DNA of 64,000 nt from Trichoplax adhaerens (Eukaryota; Animalia; Placozoa). The notes beneath the pieces are model-generated. The model searched no databases, was not told where the DNA came from, and was given only the letters and a program-made list of their open reading frames with translations. Below are positions 25,443 to 39,484 of this stretch, piece by piece (position 1 is the first letter of the stretch; each line of letters opens with the position of its first letter). Location: NCBI RefSeq assembly GCF_000150275.1, contig NW_002060944.1, positions 2,890,152 to 2,954,151 of the forward strand. Direction: 5' to 3'. The position numbers were made by a program, and so were the translations under genes.

Positions 25443-25789
25443 ATTTAAGTAATTATGTCCTTTTTCTCACCATTACAGCTGAAATAGTTTAGTGCCTTGC
25501 ATCATGGAGCACGTTGGCTTTGCTCGTTTTTAAATTGCTCTTGACAAGCTATTGTCTACTGTAGGTTAATAATTTAAATTATTAATTGGTAAAGTCGAGT
25601 ATTTATCAGTTGTGATCAGCTATAAAAAAAATAAAGAAAATTAAAAGTAGGTAAAAAATGAGTAGGAGCTTCAAAATACTAACGTACAGTACTGTAAGTG
25701 AATGATTCTAAATTTATATGAATTTCTTCAAGTTATTTATTTATTTATTTACTGTTTTAGTGATTCAATTGACTGGCAAATGATTTACT

Positions 25790-26480
25790 ATGTTACTGTA
25801 CAGTACAGTACAGTACAGAACGACTAACTCTACAGTATGCCTAGGATCTGGGTCCATTTTTTCAACGGTTTTTTATCAACTGGTTTCTGTCAGCGCAGCA
25901 TACTGTACTGTACAGTGTACAGTACAGAAGTACAGAACCACATTGTACGGTTCTGTACTGTATACATATACACATCTATCTATACTGTATACGTATACAT
26001 ATACATACAGTATATAGATATATGTATACATATGCATACAGTGCTGTACTGTACTGTATACAGTACAGTATACTGTACATATATATATATATATATATGT
26101 ACATACTGTATACATATACATATACATACTGTGTACATTTTTACATTTTTTCAACGGTTTTTATCAACTAGTTTCTGTCAGTCTGTGCAGCAGAGTGTAC
26201 AGTGTACAGTACAGTACAGTAGTACTGTACAGTACATGACTACTGTACATTGTACTGTAATGTGTTGTACTGTACACTGTACAGTGTACAGTACAGTACA
26301 GTACTACTGTACTGTCCATTTTTTCAACGGTTTTTTATCAACTGGTTTCTGTCACTAGACTCACTACTGTACTGTACAGTGTACAGTACACTGTACACTA
26401 CAGTACCACATTGTACTGTACTGTACAACACAGGACAGTACTGTACAGTACAGTACTGACAGGACTTGATTGTTCGACTG
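25790..26480. repeat. TACAG/CTGTA and TA/TACA low-complexity block containing three copies of a ~40-bp motif; putative bidirectional promoter
   Basis: CATTTTTTCAACGGTTTTT(T)ATCAACTRGTTTCTGTCA at about 25855, 26144 and 26317, embedded in pentamer repeats. Confidence 0.85.
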
Positions 26481-26900
26481 TTTTTGCACACTGTACGGTA
26501 CCCAGCATCTTATTATACTGTAGCTCTGCACATACTTTATTTCAAAATTTTACGCTATAGCCAGTCATCGGCTCCTCGCAGACCCCGATGTAAAGTAGCA
26601 TGGAATAGATTGCAATTGCACTTTTAGAATAACATTGATGCTCAATCTTCCATTAGTTTGGTACAGACGTACAACCGGTGTTCATCGTAGTTATCAGAGC
26701 TATTGTGTAATACGTAGAGTAACATTCTAACAAATTAGCAAGCATTACTGTTTGTACCTGCAGCTTGGATGATCGTTGCGGATGATTCGTCAGACTTTGT
26801 TGTCAAAATCGATCCCATAACTTCAAATTGGACAACGACATAAAGAATACATAATCATTACTACTACTGCTCACAGCAGCCAAAAATTGGGCCTTGGTCA

Positions 26901-29900
26901 ATGTTAAAAACAAATCAACCATCCTATTTGAAAACTACCTATCCTTCAAAAAATTATGTAACAGGTAAGAGCCACCACAACATACAGTAGTGTACTTGGT
27001 AGACGTTAACCATCTTCTACGCGTACAATCGAGTAGATCGATTGACTGCGTGAATTTGGAATAAGTATACTGTCTCTTTTTTATTCTTGCATTATAATCT
27101 GCTAGACCTAAAAGATGTAATTATCCTACTATAAAGCAGATCGTAATCGATTGATAATCCTTACCTCAATACAATTAATGTATTTTGTTCCATATTATTG
27201 ACTAAAGATGTAGACAGAATATTACGCAAAGTTGATAAGGTCAAAATCAAGGTAAATTTACTCCAATTCTACGTAGAGTTCTAAATGTGATCGCTTGTAT
27301 GCAGTATATATACATTACAGTTTTATTTTTGCCTCTTTATACTATCTTTGGTAGTAAAATGTATCTCAATTTCATTCAACTTTACAACATAAATAAGTAT
27401 AGATCGTACACGCTATAGTCACTGTACTGCAATGTTATCATACTGTACCATTACTATGCGTATACTAAGCCAAAAGTAGGACTTCTATACACTCTATGTC
27501 CATTCAGAATGCCATTGTTACATCGCAATCTCTAAATTAATGATTTCCAACGATAGCCAATGAATAATAATTTCGTTTGATTAATGGTACTAGCTCCGTG
27601 AAACGCAGGAACAGTTACAAACGGCATCAAGTAGTGACAATCAAGAAATGAATATGGCCACTGCTATTCACTGGAGGAAAGATGACCAATTTAAGCAAAC
27701 AATAAACGCAAATGAAAATCCAATGAAAGTAGTCATTCAGCGTGTACCTTCGTATACATTAAATGAAGTCAACACATCTAAGCGTCAAAAATTGAATAGT
27801 GATTACAAAGTGACTGCTGACGAAGCCAATCGTGCCAAAGTACGATTCGCAGATAGCCACAAGCCAACAACCGACAGTAGTTTAACCAAAAATGCTGAGG
27901 ATGGCAATCAAACATCGACACAAGAATGCAAAAATATAGAAGATAGAATGGCAGATATCTCTTCATCTCGGACAATGAAAGCCGGTAGTAAAATTATGAA
28001 TGAAATAGAATCTATGACCAAAGCTAGAAGTAAAGCTACACATGGTAGTGATAGAAAAGCATTGGAAAATGATGAGATAAATGACTGGAAGACAAAAGGT
28101 ATAGTAGGATGAATACACGTATAGTTATACGTACCATTATGATTTTTTAGTTAAGCTACCGTAAAATGTGCATGCTATAGCAATAAAGGTAACTATTACC
28201 AAGGGTTATAATTTTGAATACAAGTTATTTGTATCAATGACTTGCGGATTTATATAACATGATAAGGCCATGCAGTAAATAATGCAGGAAGAAAAATCTC
28301 GCCGGCTTTCAATGTGGAGACTTGCTCTATTTCGAAGAGGAAGATAGCAACTGCTCCCGCTCCTCCAAACTATAAGGGTTTTAATCTTTTCGAGGAGTAC
28401 ACTACAACGATAAAAGAGAAAGAACCTGTTATAGGTATTTCATTGTTAAAGTGTAAAATGCCTGTCTTACTCATATTTCTAATATGGGAATATAATTATT
28501 ATTATTATTTTTATTGTCTTACAGTTAAAAGGATTAGCCAAAGAGTACGAAATAATGTGGGTAATCAAATGAACTTGCGCTTCAATAAACCCACAACGAC
28601 TACAACCCAGAATAATAAAAAGCCAGTAATAATCTCAAAAGGTAAAAAGACTATTCGAAAAATCCAGCGCTACGCCGAGAAAGAAGTCAATCTAAAGTAC
28701 AAGCCCCCCGTCACTCAAATAACGCCATATTCTTGGCGTGAGGGCAAAGAAGCCATTCGGAACGCTTTTAAAGAGACGAAATCATCTCAACCTACAAGTA
28801 AATCCCCTCCACCACAGCAGGATTACTCTAGAACTTCATCATCTGCTTCCTCTTCATCAACTTATTCAGCAATGAGAGCAAGTACTCCTACGTCGTCAAA
28901 AGGAGTTAGTGATGCTAACTATAAAAGTGATTTAGAAAAAAATGAGGAGGATCAAAGTAGTAGTAAAGAAAAAGAGGACTCGATATATAACGATCGCTTT
29001 GAAGATACGTCACCAACTGAGAGTGATGACGATAATACCGAATATCGAGGAATAGCCGATCAAATATTACGCGAATTAAAAGGTTTAATTGCAATTGTCA
29101 CTGAATACAATTTATATCGCAAACATTTTCTTTATGTCTAATATGTGGAATCATGCATTCTTTCAATTATCTTAGAAGATACCACAAATAACCAACAGTC
29201 TATCAATAAATCGTCAAAGAATACTGCTCGGAAACGTAAAGCGGCTCTAACAAAGACTCAAGGTAAAGTACTGCAATGGAATGAAGTGCAAAGCATTTTT
29301 ATACTGTACTTATCATTTGTAAATTTTTAAAATAACCATTTGAAATCATTGTAATCCTCCTTGCAATGGTTAAAATATGATTTATATAACTGATGATGAT
29401 GACATATTGTACCTCCTAATTCGTTGAATTGTTAATAAGCCGTAGTATTAACTTGACACTGCAAAGCTGTCTCTCTTAACAATTTTGTCACTAGAATGGC
29501 TTATCCGAGCCCCAAAGAAACATAACTTATATTTCTTCAAATAAGCTAAAACTAAAGCGATTCTAATTGCAGATATTATTTTTATTTTAGTTTGTAAATA
29601 AAATAACCGGCAAGAAATTTATAGTGTGGGTAATTTACTTAACATAACTCTAATTTTTTTACTTTTAAAAGAACATGCAAAACCGTTGCCAAAGCAGCGT
29701 CATTATGATCAGAAAGAAGTACAAGAGTATCAAAAGAAAAAAAACAATTTACGAAATAAGCAACGTCTTGAACAGAGAAAAAAAGAAAAGCTTCATAACG
29801 ATGAGAAGCGGCGGCGGTTGCAGGTTAATCTTTTATTTATAGTATTTGCTAAAATAATTGCAAAGTTGATAAAATTTTACCACCCCCACCAGGAACTTAT

Positions 29901-32900
29901 GATAAAATAGCCATTAGACAAGATAGAAGTTATAAAAGCATATAGAATTATACTTCGTATTTTATTTTAAGTTTTTGATAGGCTGTTGCAAAATACTAAG
30001 ATATTGGGTTGACTTTACAGGATCTTTATAATCAACAAAAAGCTTTACTCGCCGCTAATTTACGACAATCAAGAAAAAAAGTCACAAAATTTCATATTGT
30101 ACAGCAAGGAACTTTTACTTCTAGTACCGCTGAGCAGGACTATAGATTTATAAATAACGTGCAGAACACAGACATAAATCCACGTAAGAAAATATTCAAT
30201 ATCGAATCAGATATACCAAATGTCTGGCAGCCACCAATATCAACTTTGCATAATTATGAAGAACAAGTTGAATCTAGTAATGGAGAGAATCAAATCACAG
30301 ATAGTGCTTCTTCTACGATTACTAGTAAGATTATCGATTTAAAATCTATAATTAACTGTACGTAAATTGTTATCTTAACTGATGAGTTACCAATTAAATT
30401 GCTAGATACTATAGAAGGAAAATCTAATCAATTTAAAGACAATACCTCTATGAATGGAAGCAGTTCGGGTGGCTCGCGCTATCATAATGGAGAAAATGAG
30501 ATAATCTCTCAACAGCATCACGGTAAGATAAGTAGTGAACTTTTTATACAATATAGATGTAGTCATAAGTTTATCTTTTTTAACAAATACTAAGTTAATG
30601 TATAGTATCTTATATTATACTGTACATAGAGTCTAATTAGTCTAGAAGTGGCTTTACATTGTTATACACTTACTGTAATGGCATGCATGACACGTTGATG
30701 ACTAAATTATTCTTATTATTTTATGTTCGCATTTCTGGTTTGTATAGACTCTGTAATTACTGAAAATCAATCCACTAAAGTAAGGCGCATTGAATCCATA
30801 AAGGCAGCTGCTATTCTGTTAAAAGATAGGATTGAAGCAGAGACGAGAAAGTTCATGGCCTTGCAAGCTGCTAAGAAAAGTCAACAGATAAGTCCATCCA
30901 TTCCTCAAAATTACGCTATACAGCTTTCACAGGATAGCACAGAGGATAAAGACGTCACTTTAAGTACTTTTCATCGAGACATTGATCAAGAACGTGAATT
31001 ACCAGGTTTCTATCAAAAGTAATATACTAATTGGAACCTTTATTAGTCAATTAATACCAGCATTTTTTTGGTAGGAATACAAAACTTAAAGTTATTAGCC
31101 AAACATAATCATGAAGAGGTATGGTTATATTCTGAGTAAATATTCTTTTGAATACCATAAAGTTTCACGATGATTTAATTAATTTCTTAACTGAGATACA
31201 TAAATATTTGTGTAGATAATTCAAAATAGAGCTGCATCTATCATTCAGGCGTATTATCGAGGTCACCAGGTCAGGAATACGATCAAAAAAGGAAATCTCC
31301 TTCCAGTAGCTCTTAAGTTACAAGTTATTGAAGATCAAGTAAATGATCAAAGTTTGGATAGTCAATATGCTAAATCAAATAAGCTACAAACCAGTAATAT
31401 CCATCAAGAATTTACAGCAAATGATCAAAACGCAGATGAACTGTATAATGTAACATCTAGTGATAACATTAATCAAAGCTATGTTAATGGTAAACCAAGC
31501 GTTTCGATTCAAACAACATCTCGCTTTGACGAACTATATAAGAAAGCCATTGATGCTTTGGAAGCTTCCAAAGCTGCGATTGGACCATTGGATCTTGACG
31601 ATGAAGAGCAATGTGATGATCGAAAAAGTTTTGAAGGAAGCAATTCTGATTCAGTATCCAATGAGGTTAATGAATATTATCAGAGCTTTAGTTATACGTG
31701 TTTACTACAGAAAGGATTGATTTAAGTGATAAATAAGAAATAGCCCCGTGATGAATTGTCAGTTTAGCTCATACATAGAACTTTATTATTTTATTAAAGA
31801 AGCTGGGGGAGCCTGAAAATCTTCAGTCACCATGGAGGAAAAGCTTACCTTCCGCTTTTCCTAACAACTATGGGTAATTATATATCCAGATTCTGTAAAT
31901 TTGATTACAATAATTAATGTTGACATAGCTATACCGACAATGTTCAATTGAATTCTTACAGTGTTAGCACCGTGTCGTTAATGATTAGAAATTCCAATAG
32001 AAGATATAAAGAAAATTTTAGAAGTAAGGGTTATTACTGTGTTGTCCTTGAATATTTTAATGTAGCTAACTTCAGCACTAATAATAGTACTGTAAGTTAC
32101 TTTGGTAGCTATGAAATTATGATCATATACGCACTTATTCACAATCTGATTTTGGTGATAGATAATCGTGACCATGATGTTCAGCCGTTGAGTGGTATTG
32201 CAAAAGGGAGCTCATCATTACAGGATTTGGACTATGAAAATGATTTCGAAGAATTATCCAAATCGCAAATATCAGATCGCACTGATCAGTACAGTACTTC
32301 ATTTGAAGAACCTTCAGCTGATAAAATAACTGCTGCTGACGTGCTATCGGAATCAATATCTCAACGTGATTCTGTTAATGACTCTAATATTGCGAGAGGT
32401 ATTTATTGTAAAAAGCATATTTCACAATATTATCAAATATTAAGGACAAAGCTTTTATTAGAATTATTTCCTAGATAGTAATAGAACATAAATACCATCA
32501 TGCATATTAAATACGCAGGTGATTCAAACAATGATTATGATGTGGCGAGCCGGATCAGCTTAGATTCAGCTAAGGAAACAGTACAAGCGCCTTCGAGATC
32601 TGCTAATAATCTGGTATCTCCTAATGCTCAACCGCCTAAGCTTCTAGAATCAGAAATTTTTAGCAATTCAAATACAACTGAAGACGATAATGCCGTAAAG
32701 GTATATTTTCATTTGTCAATGTTAGAGCAAAAGTGCCGTTAGTACGCGTATAATAGTGAATTTATCACTAATATATGTGCTATTTTATAGGAACCTCATC
32801 ACAAGCTATCTGACAATAGTCAAGCGAAGACATTTTTAGATAACGTTACGCAAACGGATCGTCCTATCAAGCACGAACTATCAGAAAAGCGCTTGTCTCC

Positions 32901-35900
32901 TGCAGATCTCGAACGACGTCTTCATGCGGAATTACAATATTTAGAATCTATCGATGAGTCAGTTCGTCAGCTAAGCCAAGTAGAAAAAGCTCGAGCCATT
33001 TCATTTGCTCAACAAGAAACCGTTTCACTAGCTCAAATTCTTAAGGTAAAATTTTTTTTATGCATATAATATTGATTAGAGAAATTTTTCTCCGTAGTTT
33101 TAACTGCATTTGACTTTCTAGGCAAGGCAGTACGAACATATGCAAGAAATGGATAAATATAAGTCTGCTGCGGAAAGAGACAACTTGGAGGTGCAAAAGC
33201 GATTTGACGAAGTATGCATTAGTTAACATTATACTAGACACTTTGTACAGTACGAGCATAAATCATACTGTGTTTGTATTATTAGGCAAAAGATGTTTTA
33301 AAGTCGGCTTCTGAATTAACTAGCCAGAAGCTTGCCGAAATTAAATCGGAAGCTTCAGAGTCGGTTCGAAGTGCGGCTCAAAGGTTAAAAGAGGTTTGTG
33401 ATGATATAATTGTCGCTATAAGATTATATTCAACGTGCATATATTAAATTTTGATCTGTTTAGGTGGAATCCGCCATTTCTCAAACAGCAATAAATTTTA
33501 CACAGCAGTTGCAATCGGTATATCAACATGTTATAATTGCCACGAAGAGATACTCCTTTGAAAGCAAACTTAACAGAATTAAATGTCTTTTTACAGGCCC
33601 ATTCTGCTACAGTAGCCAAGCTAGCGGATACTGTTGCAGATCACATTGTGAATGCCAAGAGTTTGGCTATTGAAACAGCTAGTAATGCCGCAACTGCCAC
33701 TATTCAGTCAGTACTAAACAAGGATGTTCGCGATCTTAGAAAAGACGGTGGCGATAGTTATAAAATATCTGAAACTTCATCAAATGATACCGTCAGTTAT
33801 GGATCCTATTCCTCTAAATTTTCATCACCTATATCGAATAAGCAATCAGAGGTTGCTGAGGCCAGCAAGGCATCGAATTCATCATTCTCAAAATCCAATG
33901 TTGAAAATAGTGTCGTGTCTGAACATTTATCAAACGATTCCGGCCAAAATCGCTCAAGTAAAACTTCAATTACTGATTCGAGTGCTAGGTAATAATGCAC
34001 TAATTTAATGATTTCATTGCAATATATTTGTTGTCGAAGGGATATCGAGATTGTGATAACTCTTGATGTGTAGTTGAAATCATAGGAATTAATATATGCT
34101 GTTTTGTAATGTACAGCTTCGCCAAAGAATTATCTGTTACCGCTTCATCCGAAAAAGATATAAGCGAAAACATCGATGGTAGAGCATGTTACTTAAACTA
34201 TAAGTTAGTTTTAATTTACTCTTGACTCATATTTATATTTGTGTACTTTTTTACTGAATAGTGAGGTCATCTGGTTCGCATGATTATACTTCACGATTTG
34301 AAGACCTTTCTTCATCATCGACTATACAAGAAACAGCGGATGCAGACAAGGTATTATGATTGTCTTATATTTTCAATTTAGATATGTTTATTATAATATT
34401 AATTATCCAATTCTTGTTCGTTCATTTATGGAACAAGTCCTTTCATGAAGTTTTGCCATCCGTTAGCCATCGTCGACGCTATAGCTCAGAAAATGGTCAA
34501 TCTAATATCGACATTTCTGACACTGCAAGCATCTCATATAGTTCGGTACGATGATATACGAGGCTAATTACTGTGTAAATTTATAAATTTGATACAAGAT
34601 TTTTGTGATATAGGAGGATGCATCCCCTGCTGCGACTTTTAATGAACCTTCATCCAATCAAGGAAAATCTCTTTTTGTTAAAAAAAATTTATTTGGTAAA
34701 TTTACAAAATATATGGTACAGCAATATATGAAGGAAGAAATGGTGCGCGCTAAACATCAAGCCGCTCTACTAAATCTGCGTGAGAAAGTAGTGCAAGAAA
34801 AAACAGAAGCCGAAATAGCGTGGCTAGAACATCTGAAAAAGTACTATTATAAATCTAGCAGGAAATAATGGAAATAATATATATCGAGATGATATTTCTT
34901 ATAACTTAGTTAACTTTTCTTGCTTGTCGTATATTATTCGCAACAGAAAATTTCGTAGTAAGGGTGAAGACGACAAAATGCCTATGTTGCGTAAGCGTCA
35001 AAGGAGCCTTTTACTACATCTCCAGGCTGAACAGGTTAGGTCCAGTGAATAAGTGCAAGTATACAGTTTAACACGATCCTGATAAGAACTCTACAAATCT
35101 TTAGGCTGAAATTAAGCGACTCAAGGCTGCCAATCGAGCTGCACAAGAAGAGCGAAAATTAATTATGTATCAACAAAAGGAAATTGATCGTATTAGAAAA
35201 ACAACTCAAGCATATCGTGGTAAATTATCTAAGCATAAATCAAAAGATGATAAGAACGCATCAGTATTAGATCAAAAACTGGTATGTATAAAAGCGGTTT
35301 ATAGCTTTCCGGTATAATCATTTGTAAAAAATTAAGGGCGATTAAGATTCTTAAGACTGCAATATTTAAAATTTAATAGACTGGTAGTGATATTAGCGCA
35401 GAAGATGAGGTCATGGATTCAAGGCTACCTGCGGGATTGTCCACGTCTCCTGATGTCGTTTCTGTCGCATCGAAAAGTGATGACTCAACTCCAACAGAAA
35501 CTACTGTTATGAAAAAATTGAAAAATATGCAGAAACACTTTTCGGAAAGGTAAATGCCAAGAACTTTTCCTTATGTGTGAATAATAAACTTACATTCTCT
35601 TTCTGATTTATCTGCTGTAGATTTTTAACTCCCCGTGAGCAAAAGTTACAGCGTCGTCGCAAAGAAGCTGATGCATTATTAGATAAGCAAAAGCGTCTGC
35701 TAACATGGAAAAATGATTTGGATGAAGAGCAGGGTGCAATTAATCTTACATTAGATAAAGTCGCTGAACTCGGAACTAGCCAGCTAATAGAATCAACATC
35801 TAAAGGAGCAAAGATAGGAACAGCCAAAAAGTTTTCTACCGATGAATTCAATGATCATGATAGTTCAAATCTAGCAGAACACGACGCTATCAAAAATACA

Positions 35901-38900
35901 ACAAAACAAAGTCCTAACATATCACTCAATGATGAGTATAATCATATTACAAGTTCGAGTAATGATAGTGTAGAAGTGACACCAAGCCAATCTAAATTAG
36001 ATAGCTCCGACTTAGGTGACTCTTACACTCGGAGTCAGAACTCAGACTCTATTGCTGAGGAAATTTCAAACGAAAGTAAATCGATATCTACAACAAACGA
36101 GGGTACTCAAGAAAATGATGAAATGTTTGGAGATTTGCATTCTATTAACTCTTTAGCTAGTGTTCCACTGGAGAACGAATCATCTCAGAAAGAGATTAAC
36201 TCCGGAAAAGCTTCGAATTCTATCCCGTCAGAATATGCTAATAGCACGTTTGAATCTTCTGAACCAAGTACGTTGCATACGGCCTCTGCCTCTAGTCAGG
36301 CAATACAGGAAAGCCTCGACGAGATTTCAGCTTCAAAAAAATTTAGTGATAAGCAATATTCAAGCGCAGCTTTGGCGAACAAATCAGCCAACAGTTATTC
36401 TTCTTACTCAAATACTTTCGTTAGCAGTGAAGACGAAGCTTCTGCTAACGAGTCTCAAACGACAACAGAAACTGCGTCTGATCTCAGCGATATTGAGGGA
36501 AGAATACGAAAATTAGCTACGGAATTACAGCTACGTCGACAAATTGCAAAAGATTTAATTAAAGAGAAAAAAAAATTAGAGAAAGATAGACTAAGAAAGC
36601 AGGAAGAACAACTTCGCGCAGAATTAAATAAAGTAGAGACCTTTATTAGCAAAGTTAAGTCAGAAATTTCGGATAAATCTCAGGAATTTGCACATTCAAG
36701 TGTAGTTAAACCCCCCACAAATGCAGCGTTGGAGCAGAAATTGGTCAATCTTAATAAGAGTCTCAGTGAACGTAAAAAGGCGTCAAAAGTTATATCTAAT
36801 GTTTCTGTACCGATTCAGACACAACTTCAATCTAGTGAAGAGAACAGTTATTCGTCGATTCAGTCTCATAATAATATGTCCAAGAAATCTGGTAATGGTA
36901 AGTAATCCTTCAGCAATGTAAATAATTCTGTTGATACTCTTATTAACCGAAATTTAAACTATTTTTCTGATTAATAGAGAATACAGGATCAAGCACGCAA
37001 AAATCAGTATCTCCTCTGCCTATTGAGGATAATTTAGAAGCTAGTTTATCTGATGTTGATATTGAATCAAATTTAATAATAAATGCTAAAAGTAATGATT
37101 CGGAAGATAAGCATGTCGTTGCCGAAATGCCAAGAAATGATCAACCACAAGATAATGAACTCGAAAAAGCGCTTTCTGAAGTTGGTAATAGCGATATTAC
37201 AAGATCATCAAGTGGGACAGTTACTCCTCATTCTGATGTCAATTCAAGTGTTCCCTCTTCCATAGATGATATTCAGCACGACATGATTATAATTGAGAGG
37301 CATACAGAAGATGACAGTAGCGGTAAAATGTCTAAAACCTCGGCTAGAAAGAGTCAGGACAACATTTCGGTATCATCAAGTAGGACTGTAACTCCTGTAT
37401 TCGATGATAATAAGGATGAAGAGCACGATTACGTTGATTACTCAGACGATTGGGATGGATCTACTGAAAATGCTACGCAACAACGGGGAGACGACAAGGA
37501 CTTGTCCATTCTGGAAGATGAAGACATTTCGAAAGCCTCCAGTAATAAAAACGTCGTCAAACCTTCTGTGGACGAAATCTTAGAAGATGTATCAGATCGT
37601 TTTATAGCAGATTCTGCTGATACATCCGTAGAAGAAGACATAAAATCACAGGCATCCAATATCGATGTTTCTTCGGCTTCAACTATTTCTGCTAATAGTC
37701 CCATTGGAGGTAATATAGAATTAAATGATCCACAAGATTCTTTCGCCTCCAATACTTACTCTAGTAGCAAAGCTTCAACAAATCTTAAGAGTAATAGGAG
37801 TACTTCACGCGTCGAAAGTATTTTAAACGATGCTCAAGGTGCAGAGAATGAGAAGAGTAATGAAATATCGCCTAAACCTGATGCAGATGACTGGCACGAA
37901 CCACCTATAGATTCAGAAAAATTAGATACATCTATATCTGAAGATATTTCAGAATCTATCGAAGACGATACTTCCAATAAATCATCAGTAAGCATCGAAA
38001 AGGAAACGTTACGATACGGTGAGGACTTCCCCGCAGACGAAACCCCTGCTAATGTAATGCATACAACATCTGATGTCGTTGGTAGTCTTTCTGATAAAAG
38101 TATTGATTCAGATGTGAAACAAGAAAGATCTGAATCGGCCTTGTCGCGTAGTGCAGCTAGTGATGAAGAAAACTCCTTAGAAAGTAATCGAAACGTAGAT
38201 CCAATGATATCTAGGACACCTGATCATTCATCTCACGATGAGATTGATACTGAAATGGGGGATCTTTCTAATAAAGATTATCTTTCAGATAGCAATAAAG
38301 ATAAAGAATTAGTAGATCCTTCACAAGATTTAGCAAATAAGGAGGCAGAATATTCAGACACAAACTATTTATCTGACGCCTTTTCTGGCATTTCTTCATC
38401 CGATATTGGTGAAAAGGATGATCAAACAATTGCTACTACGTCACGCGAATCATACCAATGGAATAGTCTTGAAACTGTTACGACGAACATGACGGTAAAT
38501 TTATTAGACGATGCATTGCTTGCAGTATTTAAGGTACGATTGTCGAAGGAAAGCCGTACCAAAGCACAGGAATCTGCCTCGCATGATCAAGAAGTAATGA
38601 GTGCTGAAAAACCGAATGTCTTACCGTTTCAATCCCAGACCGCTGCAATAGAAGATCTGAAAGGTGATGATACACCTTCCTTACTCAACTTATCTGAACT
38701 ACCGGAACCTTCAGTACCTCGTAGTAAATTAAACGACTTGAAAAACTTTGATATGGAAGTAGATGAGTTATACCATGATTTTGAGAATAACAGCCAAAAT
38801 TATCAGGATTTCATCCACGAAGTCTTACCTGAAGATGAACCGACAGTTACACCTGAAACCAATCAGGAGGTAATTCAGTATTTTGTCCCGCATACGGAAG

Positions 38901-39484
38901 AGTACATTAAAGAAATTGTCTCTACAGCTACTGACCAAATTATTAGCCATCACAACTTGAATGGCGCTGATGTTGAAATAAAATGCCCGGAAAATTTTAA
39001 CTATAATGAAACTGACATTAAGGCTGATACCGAGTTTGAAAAATCTAGCCTTCGTTCATATCATGTGATGATTTTTGACTTAGTCAAAGAAATCCTAGAT
39101 GAATATTATGATTACAATAAAAATGCAAATGTCAATTTACCTTTGTGGATGAAGCCTAAACGCCTTCGGTTACCAGCCCGTCTGCGTGGTACTCCTTTGA
39201 ATGCAAGTAATAAAACTATAAAAGAACATACAATTGGCTACGTAGTAGAACTCCTTAAACTTAAAACTGGAAAAGGTTCAGTTTCAAAGAAAAATTTAAA
39301 AAAAGACTTGGTGGATTCTATATTAGCACAAGAATTGGCCGAAGAGGAACCTGACTGGATTGATTACGACAAGGATGAAACGTGCGTAAAAATGCAAGTA
39401 GCCGACTCTATACTGTCGAGCTTGCTAGAAGAAACATCTTCCATATTTAAAAATACTAAATGCATGACCGATGTATACGAGTAG
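26901..39484 (+). CDS. CEP350: Centrosome-associated protein 350 homolog, multi-exon
   Basis: AELQYLESIDESVRQLSQVEKARAISFAQQETVSLAQIL; MVQQYMKEEMVRAKHQAALLNLREK...GEDDKMP.LRKRQR.LLL.LQ.EQAEIKRLK; SDIEGRIR; C-terminal ELAEEEPDWIDYDKDETCVKMQVADSIL. Start ATG at 26901 inferred from phase-compatible 5' exons. Confidence 0.9.

Noticed and set aside
25852-26354. Repeat-spacer pattern (also the 107-bp array) as CRISPR
   Set aside because: Eukaryotic context, long low-complexity spacers and no cas genes.
25790-26459. Cys/Thr/Val/Gln/Tyr-rich ORFs (also 1924-2211 and 48687-49011)
   Set aside because: They are artefacts of the stop-poor TACAG/CTGTA repeats.
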